Assembly (NCBI GenBank): GCA_051294905.1
Contig: CM119379.1
Location: 25,296,001 to 25,360,000 of the forward strand
Length of the DNA: 64,000 nucleotides
Source of the DNA: Botryllus schlosseri
Taxonomy: Eukaryota
Reading direction: 5' to 3'
Part shown: piece after piece, positions 24,501-32,962 of the stretch
How the letters are laid out: each line of letters opens with the position of its first letter
How positions within the stretch are numbered: position 1 is the stretch's first letter
Notes under the pieces: generated by a model
Told to the model about the DNA's origin: nothing
Seen by the model: only the letters and a program-made list of their open reading frames with translations
Databases searched by the model: none
Position numbers and translations under genes: made by a program

Positions 24501-26813
24501 CAGTTCTTGACGCAGTACAGCGATTAAAAATGAGGAGCATCCTGGCTGGCCGATGCAGTCCACCCTTCTCGCGAAAGTCAAATACTGGCAATAAGGTATG
24601 ACAGTGTTCAAATATTCTTCGTCGGTATCTTCATCAGATTTTGCAGGTCGGAAAGTCAAAGGTAAGTGCTTGATTCTGAATGTTTCCGCATCGAATTTTG
24701 ATAAACAACCGAAAGCTTCATCGGCAAGACACGAGTTTCCACCACCGACCAACTTCCAAATTTCTGTCACAACATTGTTTATTATCGGTTCTACGCCGGC
24801 ATCGGATGGATCGCAAGACGATAGCAGCGAAAGCGTCTTCAAAATAATTTTGACGACGACGATATCCGGGCCAGATTGTAAAATATTCGTGACCATCTCG
24901 GTGATCGTGAGAAGTTTCAGAACTTTATTGACACACAAATTATAAAGGCCCTCCAAAACATAAGCCAGGGCCGCAGTTGGTAGTTTTCTGCTCAACATGC
25001 TTTCGATTAATTTCAGCATATCACTACCATGTTGATGAGGCCGTTCCTTGCACACAAACGCCACCACAGCTGCTTTGGTAATCTTGACACTGTGATCTTG
25101 TGTTATCTTTTTCACAGTGTGCGCTTCCGGTGAATACAACGCAGAAAGTAAATACGGAAAACATCGGCCTTGCACTTTCCACAGCTCGACCATCATTCTC
25201 AAACTGATTGCCTTCAAATTATAATCTGAACTCGTGCCGATGCCTTTGATGACATTCAGAATCGGGGCGACGCAATTTGGATGAGATGCTAAATGCGGTA
25301 AAGTCAGCAGCACATCAACTACAGCAGTCTCATCGGTAATGCTCATGGAATGCAGCAATATCGGCAGAAATTGAAAAGACGCTCGGGAATAGCAACCTCC
25401 GATTTTTGCAACAGTGTTTAATATTTTCGTAAACAAGCCATGAGAAAAACGTGTGCAGTCGTACAGTAATTGAAGCAACAATGTTGACACCGAAATCGTC
25501 GCTTTTTCAACATCACATCCGTCCATTTGCTTAGTGACAGCACTTTTTTCAATTCCATCCAACCAAGATTCACATATGATGTCACAATCTGATGCAGAAC
25601 GGACCGTGTAATCCATGTGATAAGCTTCAGCCACAAAAACACTAGATGTGGAGTTAAATTCAGCAGATGCAGGACTCGCATCATATTTTGTGCAATCAAA
25701 GGTAAAATTCAATATGATTTTCAGCAATGTTCCGACGAGTCCAATGATACCAAAATCATTTGGAATAACGGTCGTCACAAATTTCAACTGCAATAGAGAT
25801 ACTTTGAGCATATTCAAATGAGCTGGCCATATATTTTCGTTATGTTGAGTGAGAAACTTTGTAACCGATTTCAACAAGTTGGGTACCACTTGCAAATTAA
25901 CGCCATTTAGAATCGTGCAAAATCCGATGACTATCACACCGCCATCGATGCTCTTATCAGCACAGTGTTCCAGAATTCGGTTCATAGAATTCAGAGCAAG
26001 ACCGGTGTCGTAGAATGAGGTGCATTTTACTATACAGTTTTGTAACTTTAACATGTAATGTGTGTGGAATAAGGTGCTGCGAGCGCCAAGATCAGACAGT
26101 GCAAATTTTTCAAACGTGCTAATGTTAATGGAGTTAGGTTCGTAATAATCAAAAATATGATGTAGCAACGTTTCGACTTCATTCCCTCCAGTATTCTTCC
26201 CAGCTGTGTACTTTACAATAAGAGCTTCCAGAATTGCAGGCACTACATCTTCCCGCTTCGACAACTTTCCTTTCAATGTAACATATAAAATGGCGGGTCG
26301 CAATGCAACAACCATCGTAGAAAAGCAATCGGCATCGACGCAATCTAACAGCATTTGAGCAATTTCGATGTCAACAGTTCTCCACGAATTAGCACCACTC
26401 TTTAATACGGAGATGAATGGATGCGGACAACTTCTCAAATCATATGGTGATCGAAACGAAACTTTTGGGTACCTCTTCAGATGATCAAACACCTGGAGCT
26501 TCATAAGCAAGCCAATGATATGAACCAAAATTGTTTTGTCATTTGCAGTAGCTGAGAGATTCACGGCCATTGTTACAACATTATCTATATCCAACAGTCC
26601 ATCTTCCGCAAGCTTCACCAACGCGTTGGCACATGCATACCCTAACTGCCTAGAAGGAACATTAGCGCAGTACTGCCATAAAATCTCCAGTTCAGATGGA
26701 GAGTTTCGGGAAGTTTGCAGCTTCGACCGTATCGCGGAAGACAGTTCATTCAGCGCTTGCAATTGAACAAAAGTGCTCGGGAAAGACAATTTCTTCTTCA
26801 GCAATTCAGTCAT
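21525..26813 (-). CDS. FOCAD: Focadhesin, single-exon 1762-aa ORF
   Basis: N-terminus MTELLKKKLSFPSTFVQLQAL...LEILWQYC...ACANALVKL...PHPFISVL follows vertebrate FOCAD as recalled. Further typical motifs RPHQHGSDML, LASTQPKAAKSIPDF, WCRDKI, SPSMQGDAILGL, MPPVNW. Length matches the family. Confidence 0.92.
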   Translation of the reverse strand: MTELLKKKLSFPSTFVQLQALNELSSAIRSKLQTSRNSPSELEILWQYCANVPSRQLGYACANALVKLAEDGLLDIDNVVTMAVNLSATANDKTILVHIIGLLMKLQVFDHLKRYPKVSFRSPYDLRSCPHPFISVLKSGANSWRTVDIEIAQMLLDCVDADCFSTMVVALRPAILYVTLKGKLSKREDVVPAILEALIVKYTAGKNTGGNEVETLLHHIFDYYEPNSINISTFEKFALSDLGARSTLFHTHYMLKLQNCIVKCTSFYDTGLALNSMNRILEHCADKSIDGGVIVIGFCTILNGVNLQVVPNLLKSVTKFLTQHNENIWPAHLNMLKVSLLQLKFVTTVIPNDFGIIGLVGTLLKIILNFTFDCTKYDASPASAEFNSTSSVFVAEAYHMDYTVRSASDCDIICESWLDGIEKSAVTKQMDGCDVEKATISVSTLLLQLLYDCTRFSHGLFTKILNTVAKIGGCYSRASFQFLPILLHSMSITDETAVVDVLLTLPHLASHPNCVAPILNVIKGIGTSSDYNLKAISLRMMVELWKVQGRCFPYLLSALYSPEAHTVKKITQDHSVKITKAAVVAFVCKERPHQHGSDMLKLIESMLSRKLPTAALAYVLEGLYNLCVNKVLKLLTITEMVTNILQSGPDIVVVKIILKTLSLLSSCDPSDAGVEPIINNVVTEIWKLVGGGNSCLADEAFGCLSKFDAETFRIKHLPLTFRPAKSDEDTDEEYLNTVIPYCQYLTFARRVDCIGQPGCSSFLIAVLRQELENLPRGVHHKAIKSQLASTQPKAAKSIPDFVASAYGKNKKPGLKASLAFSMLLSQNSAAESCDLDNAAKKLAIIEGRKVLDNIHVMLKEITIEPNNWQDLIRCAQGWVAFMKRSMMVMASGRRLEIEMQKSDDQEEKEHRIKTAVLWCRDKIINALKNASKNSPSMQGDAILGLTGLLIAVEQFNDDEQRVDEHTEYVSMAHWSVMVLDTIITIACPGHVPSGRLLSWCQYRAISSTGRLCTTQVGRLCAIHALPFCLSSLSQARLRKVNDIIKSLKECIADDKQLEFHRQISLGNALNVLIKEQSEDNSNASVSEYAVEAIYGNMLESVQKLVNSHFDLQNDLGCIVGWGLAATVRFSKSTHDCESEKVLWTEFLQILKTGDISPDALQVISTVVTWLCLHGCVRGLVSSAESHEVLRNLVELTDEVPNKSGFSDSLGTLCCGMLLNGDKDVSDTMDKLYTQWFGVLDKSNVPTREKFAALTGLSSLCGASASLFSMPVDPAMLTAVQYLSKLSGSIKILKHLHTSSDVGTQGKSSVYLGCLNLFFQNNVHNSSFILPSTYNYLSKSSLLRSLFDLLADGVSHSSNVASKNRGTYMYCLAESSQNIAMPPVNWGNALNSVLLNSTGAEAKIHAMHLVLSQCERSSACSALLCKCTSSKIFADLPVQSRSMIYTSLGKLYKCAKEGDFVQFLQTKTRDLMCSNTSEQLGVRAAFMSGLKSLLIDIEKLSPLTLEAVKDCTVKIFLLAKFSIQSHEDVAMMTDLAFICRFTDQKVSNFMDMSPASHVALKSLFVVCFESLKKKQPSGSCSETIMACSRHIDIHDAVVWIVSGYALQIKEMVKSSVLADWIKELMNMTMEARCELKEFGPSLDYFVVLITSLISTCFTNEIPNFGKFGMEPAHPEVLQFFKHLCRHIFPTTVKIILGKPSYKDVTESLVTWSNCILDQYRRCGYESEWNESLLTAIGIYKEQEDKLLPSTWCQMIEVVYRPVS

Positions 26814-27197
26814 CGCTAGATTTTGAGAAGAGAATGCCTAAATAGACAGCACTATTACATCTGCAAAACAGAACAAACATGTTATGCATCGAATAATCGA
26901 CAATTGCCTAGCTGAGTTAAATATAATTGAATGCAAAATTGCTACAAGAATTTCGACATGAGCTTTAAAATAGCAACAGATGCAAGCAGACATAACCATT
27001 AACCAATAATATTAATGTACGATACTCAAATTTCCAATACCAAGTAGGTGACCAGTGCATTAATTTTTTCAGTCCAACTAGTTTACAAATACAAGTCAAT
27101 TGACTTTCTGTCCACAAATACATGAAATCACTACCAGCAGCCAACTCAAAAATACACAGCCTAAAAATGAGAGACTAACAATTTTGCAAACCATTGG

Positions 27198-28712
27198 TTA
27201 ACTCATAGCGTTAATAGCGAACGATTTTGGAGTCGTCAAATCTCCGCAAGAGAGTGCTATATTCCCGTTGCGACTGTACTTAATTTCACAGGTAAATTCA
27301 TTTTCACAATCTTCCGGCAATATTTTAATACTTCCTAATACAATTTCTGAATTTCCACCATCTTGATCAATAATAGAGAGCAGCAGAGTCTCTTCAGGTC
27401 GATCTTTAGGAAATACAAAAATTCTTTCAAAATGAACTGGCAAAACAGTTCGTTGCTTCACAACAACATCCGTTTTATCACCAAATTTCAAGTTGATATC
27501 AACAGGAGCTAGTGATAACATGCAATCATCCTCTGATATTTCACAGCTATCTTGGTTGATAAGAATCCCGGCTTCTACAGCAGCACCGATGGCATTTACT
27601 TCAGAAGGGGGAACGCTTGACAATATTTCAGAGCCTGGAAAGAAGTCGGATACTAACTTCTGCAAACGTGGTATGCTGCAAGTCCCGCCGGTCAAGATAA
27701 CTTTATCGATCATAGACTTCTCAATTCCAAGATTTGAAACAAGATCTTTCAGTGGATTGAGCAGATTTTGTAAATGTTCGTTAGCAAACATTTCGAACAT
27801 TGATCGGGACAGGTTACAGCTGAAATCCATCCCGTCGTGTAAGGAGTCAATGTGGCAGTTAGCAGACGGCATGGATGACAATATATGCTTGCAATTTTCC
27901 GCATTGATCTTCAATTTGTGCATGCTTTTGACGTTAGATGTGATATCAACGCGAGACTGCTTTTTGAATAACGAAGCAAAATGGTTTGCAATTATATCTG
28001 TAAGCGTATCACCCCCGGACTGTTTGGACACAGATTTTTCGACAGATAAAACTCCGTTATTTGATGAAAGCAACGTTGCATCTTGAGACAGACCGCCTAC
28101 TCTGAAAACCAATATATTTTCCGACACAACACTATTTTTTTCAGTACTAATGCCATAAGCAAGGCAAGCTGCGGCAGGCTCTGATATAATCCGCAAAACT
28201 TCAAAGCCGGCCTTAGTTGCAGCCTTCTGCAATGCTTCGTGGTAGGATGTTGGATATCCAATGGGGGCAGTAAACACCGCTTCTTTTGCATCAGACCCAG
28301 TCTGGCTCATTGCTGTCTCCAAAAGTTCTCCGAGTAACAGCTCTAGAACACCTTCAGGAGTTACAGATTTGCTTTTTCCATTTGCCTTCACACAATATGT
28401 GAATTTCCCGTCTTGTGCTTTCTCAATATCTGCTCCGATAACACTTTTTAATTTAGTCCACTCAGTGTCATCTTCGACCCCGTCAAATTCTTTTCCGATT
28501 AGTCCATTGAAATGTTTGATGGTCTCCGAAATATAACGGTGACTGACTTGCTTTGATGCGTAACCAACCAATGCTTCATCAGAGGTGTAGGTTACCATCG
28601 ACGGAGTTAATCGGTCGCCGTGAGAATTCGCGACTACAGATGTTTTTCCATTTTTACCGACAGCGACACATGCAGAAGAATTACCAGCACGAATACCAAT
28701 ATAACTAGCCAT
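27198..28712 (-). CDS. HSPA14: Heat shock 70 kDa protein 14 (Hsp70L1, RAC subunit), single-exon 504 aa
   Basis: Atypical Hsp70 NBD: IGIRAGNSSACVAV...VVANSHGDRLTPSMV, RIISEPAAACLAYGI, LVFRVGG, DSLHDGMDF, EVNAIGAAVEAG. Short C-terminus without lid or EEVD. Confidence 0.93.
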   Translation of the reverse strand: MASYIGIRAGNSSACVAVGKNGKTSVVANSHGDRLTPSMVTYTSDEALVGYASKQVSHRYISETIKHFNGLIGKEFDGVEDDTEWTKLKSVIGADIEKAQDGKFTYCVKANGKSKSVTPEGVLELLLGELLETAMSQTGSDAKEAVFTAPIGYPTSYHEALQKAATKAGFEVLRIISEPAAACLAYGISTEKNSVVSENILVFRVGGLSQDATLLSSNNGVLSVEKSVSKQSGGDTLTDIIANHFASLFKKQSRVDITSNVKSMHKLKINAENCKHILSSMPSANCHIDSLHDGMDFSCNLSRSMFEMFANEHLQNLLNPLKDLVSNLGIEKSMIDKVILTGGTCSIPRLQKLVSDFFPGSEILSSVPPSEVNAIGAAVEAGILINQDSCEISEDDCMLSLAPVDINLKFGDKTDVVVKQRTVLPVHFERIFVFPKDRPEETLLLSIIDQDGGNSEIVLGSIKILPEDCENEFTCEIKYSRNGNIALSCGDLTTPKSFAINAMS

Positions 28713-28917
28713 CTGGATTGAGATAATTGAAACATGCTAAGTATTTAAACTTTGGCAACAGCTGGAGTACACAACGGATATACCAACCAAGACAATCTCC
28801 AATCGGCAAATTGTATCATTTCAAGTCAACTGGTCTCTCTCACTCACAGAACATGCCATGGTTATGGTAGGCTAGTTGTCTAACTATATTCTTTGGTTTC
28901 ACTATAGGCTATTACTA

Positions 28918-30296
28918 CACTACAAAAAAAATTAGACAAATTTGGTCTCAAATTTAAGAAATGAGGATGATTCGCTCTCATTTTCAGCAATTTTGGTCTC
29001 ACTGATGAATTGAGGTCTTAAAATTGACACCGATTCAGATTATTTGGTCTTAAAAATAAGACCAATAAAACGCGTCAAGACCAATAAAACGCATCTTAGA
29101 CATATTGTGCTTATTAAGACAGTTTTTGCTGTGTCAGTATTTTTGGTCTTAAAATTTAGAGCGATTCAGCTTTTTAAGACCATATATAATTGTCACAATT
29201 ATTTGGTCTTAAAAATAAGACCAATAAAACGCGTCAAGACCAATAAAACGCATCTTATAAGACATATTGTGCTTATTACGACAGTTTTTGCTGTGTCAGT
29301 ATTTTTGGTCTTGTTTTTAAGACAAATTTCGCTAATCAAGAAACGACATGATTTGTGGTCTTAAAAATGAGACCGGAAAGTTGACATGGGCCAGGAGCTG
29401 TAAGACATAACTAGCTTATTGAGATAATATTTGATGTGTCAGTATTTTTGGTCTTGTTTTTAAGACAAATTTCGCTAATCAAGAAACGACATGATTTGTG
29501 GTCTTAAAAATGAGACCGGAAAGTTGACATGGGCCAGGAGCTCTAAGACATAACTAGCGTATTGAGACAGTTTATGATGTCTAGCATATTGGGACAGTTT
29601 ATGTTGCATCAGTTATTCTGGTCTTGTTTTTAAGACGAAGTTTGCTAATCAAGAAACATCATGGTCCGTAGTCTTATAAATCAGAACGGAAATTGTCATG
29701 AGCCCTTAGCACAAGACGTAGTTAGGTTTATTTGACAAATTTTGATCCATCAAAGGTCATTGCAAATACAATCTAGCGGTGACTTGAGAGCGGAGAGCCA
29801 AAACGTATTTGGTGGTGCCATGTTTGTCCATTTCTCGTTGATCACATGTCACAATAAGTCAAATACAGGATGCATTTGCACCAGAACAAAAATTCAAAGT
29901 ACCGTACCTTGTCACTTTTCACTGACACAATGGTGTTGGCACGTCTCACTCACCACAAATACTATTATATACTCAAACTACACTATATATTGTTTGGAGG
30001 ATTGTGTACAAATTGGTGAGTGTTATATAGAATGATAATGATATATAATGGGTAGGCTATATAATGAACTACGAATACTGGTATATATGTTATGCTTCCC
30101 TTCATGCAGAACCTAATACTGACATGAATACCCACACAGCACTCGTGGGCGACAATGGTCTTATTTTTCAGCACTTTCAGTTTTAATTTTGAGGCGAAAA
30201 ATCATTGTCAAGACCGATCAGTCTTTAAGACATTTTTTTTCTAAAAAGTCACTTCAAGACCATAAGACCAAATTTGTCTAATTATTTTTTGTAGTG
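28918..30296. mobile_element. Non-autonomous CACTA/EnSpm-type element with internal tandem duplications
   Basis: Termini CACTACAAAAAAAATTAGACAAATTTGGTCT / AGACCAAATTTGTCTAATTATTTTTTGTAGTG, flanked by TA on both sides. Many GGTCTT/AAGACC subterminal motifs. Internal direct repeats of ~157 bp (29044-29330) and ~136 bp (29310-29620). Confidence 0.88.
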
Positions 30297-30827
30297 TAGT
30301 ACTCAGCCCGCAGCGATCTGACATGGACATCGCCTACCGACACAAGCCATATTCATTTTTATCGCTGGTCCTTACAACTCCAGTTACGGTACTTACCATT
30401 CAGTGCTCAAGCCTCTTTACATGCTCTGGCTTTTATACCCTCCTATCGTTTCACTGTATAGTGACATTCTGGTGTTTTATAATCGATTAAAATTTCAATA
30501 AATCACAGACTTCGTGACTTACTTGCATCGAAACCCGTTTGGGGCTTTACGCATGTTGTATACATTCAATGCGTCAAGTTCCTCTAAAACGACGAGGACA
30601 GTAGGGCCGGGATGTAGTTCAGAGAAGTGGTTTCATGATAAATCCCGCCGCTAAAATCTTAATGATCATTGTATTATATATTTCCATCCGCTCAAGACCC
30701 ACAACGTACAATGTGATACACAAGATAAGTGCCATGTAATGAACATATTGCGAGAAACATGTATTTCGTAATAATATTTCGCAAAAATCTCCGAAAAGTC
30801 TGGCTTGAGATACGCAGGTGAGAGAGA

Positions 30828-30932
30828 GAGACATATGATATTCTTTCTCGCCTGCACCATCGAGATGCTTTGGCGACGGAGTTGCGATACGGCCCTATGA
30901 GGTCATCTAGTCTGCACCCCCGTTTTTTTCTC
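30828..30932 (-). mobile_element. 3' half of tRNA-derived SINE with (CT)n tail
   Basis: Matches the 3' half of the 12650-12914 copy (gtctgcacc..., gcaccatcgag, GA repeat). Confidence 0.75.
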
Positions 30933-31052
30933 GTCGGCGAGATGGTGTAATGGTGATGCGTCCGGCTTCTTGATCGGTAGGTCGTGGGTTCGATCCCCTG
31001 CCGAGTCAGACCAAAGACTCGAAAACTGGTATCCGCGGCTATCCTGCTAGGT

Positions 31053-32131
31053 CAGTGGTTTTTCGTCTCTAGGACCCCTTGGCCGATATTTGATCCCCCC
31101 TATGAAAAAGTTGCTTGTGACTAAATAAGGTGATTTTTAACACACAACCATTTGTTGCCTGAGCAATATATGGCCAAACATATACTCAGATATGTTCAAA
31201 CTATGTCGAAAGCGAAACGCACTACACTTTGGCAAAGCAGCCTACAGCTAAATTCGAGCTGTTTTTTACCGGTCGGGTAGCCCTGACGAAAAATAAAACA
31301 CGAAGTCCGCTTGCAATGCTTTGAGTAGAATCGATGAATTAGATATATGTTTTTCACGTTAGCTCATATGTTGGCTTAAAAAGGTAAACATATTCACCAG
31401 CGGCCTTGTGCTGAATTCGCCTTTACTTTTTCCTGCTTGGTAGTAATTTGGTCGAGAGGGTGTCACGGGCCCTACGAAACCGTCTCGCGAGCCTCACTTT
31501 ATCAGGGGGTGTAATATCTACGGAATACATCCAAACATACGCCTTGCTTAAAATCCGCCAAAGAAACATCATCATCGTCATCATCATTGGTTTATTAGCA
31601 ATTTTATCAGTTCAATACACTACAAAAAATGCGATACAATGAAAAGACAGGAAGATGTCGAAGCGACTAGGAGTTGTCTATGGAATCAGACACCCACCTT
31701 GACCTAGGCGATGTAAAGAGGAGGCATGCACACTGAATGAAAGTAAAGAAGATAGTATAGAAAAAGGAAGCGACAAGAAATAGGGCGGCATGTCATGGGA
31801 AGCGAGATCGATAGGTCAGTCGTGGTCCGGTAACCTTGAGGATGGACTGTATTTATTTAGCAGTAATTGCTTGTATTTCGACTCGAATGTGGACACTGGA
31901 CATGCTCGTCGACTGCCGGCGGGATACTTTCCACACATCAGCTCCGGCATATTTGATAGAGCGATGATCTTTTCGGTCGATCATATGATATTTGGACATG
32001 GACGCGCATACAATTGTAAAGAAGTATTTTCACACTTAACATTTCTACCATAAAAATCTAAAACCTTGTGAATCCAGTGTATCTTCCGATACAACCCTTG
32101 AGCCAGATTCCCCCTCGGTTTGGAACCACTG
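31053..32131. mobile_element. hAT Charlie-like MITE inserted in the SINE, itself containing a LINE fragment
   Basis: Termini CAGTGGTTT / GGAACCACTG. TSD TGCTAGGT / TGCTAGGA. Confidence 0.8.
31567..32040 (-). mobile_element. 5'-truncated LINE 3' end with (ATG)n tail
   Basis: Near-identical reverse complement of ~50950-51380. Confidence 0.8.
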
Positions 32132-32962
32132 TGCTAGGAGCCCAGCAATCACGGATAGCATGGAGAAAAAAACGGGGGAGACTAGATGATCTTGCTATAC
32201 AGGCCATATCGCTTCTCCGTCGTCGAAGCATCTCGATGCTGCAGCAAAGAATACCCCGTACCTACCGACCGAATGACGTTTTGAAATAGTCTTCGGGGTA
32301 TTTGTTTCTAGGAAGAGAGCATCCATATCTATTTCGAAATTAAATCTGGACTTGCTCTTATGGCTGTTATTAACACCCATCTTCAGTTCGCGTCGTGTTA
32401 GTCCGGACAGTCGACGCCACGATAATATCTCGTGAGCTCCACGACTTGACTACTTTGGCACGCTGCGTACAGGTTCACACCTCACAGAACGATACTAGTC
32501 TAGAATCGAGAAATGCCTCCAGACCTTTTGCATCATCGAAGCAAAGCATTATTTATTGCGACCCGCTCAGTCGTACTCTTTTTGCTATAGAATGATATAT
32601 TTACCACTTATGATGACGTCATGGATAGTTTTCGTCAATCAGACATAGAGTTAACACTTAAAGTACATGATTGATACTTGGAAGAACAACACATGCAATA
32701 CAAAAACAGCTAAGCTCCCCGGCGCGAGCCACACATAGACCATTCGAACTTGATTAACGAAAAAGAAAAAGACAACGCAATTCGAAATAATAGTGGAAAG
32801 TCTTTCATATTGGCAGTAATAAACAGTGATGATACACAGAATATTGCTTCCAGCTCACACGATCGCATGCAAGTGAAACAGCGCACGCGGACACCATTTT
32901 CACGCCCATGTAATCCCAAGGAACTTGACCATCATTTCTTCTCTTGTCGCAACAGAATCGTA

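Larger units (their letters stand above)
30933..32260 (+). mobile_element. tRNA-derived SINE split by a MITE (halves 30933-31052 and 32132-32260)
   Basis: A box tggtgtaatgg, B box ggttcgatccc. The SINE body resumes after the MITE at tgctaggagcccagc...gagactagatgatc. Confidence 0.8.

Noticed and set aside
21896-28536. Numerous plus-strand ORFs overlapping FOCAD and HSPA14 (e.g. 27493-28086) and antisense ORFs in the transposon and LINE
   Set aside because: Antisense shadows of real coding frames with no motifs of their own.
30933-31010. tRNA gene (also 12840-12914 and 47640-47716)
   Set aside because: A and B boxes are present, but there is no proper acceptor stem and each continues into the same SINE body and tail.
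30828-31052. Apparent twin-priming 5' inversion of a SINE
   Set aside because: The plus-strand SINE continues at 32132 beyond a MITE with matching TSD, so these are two separate SINE copies.
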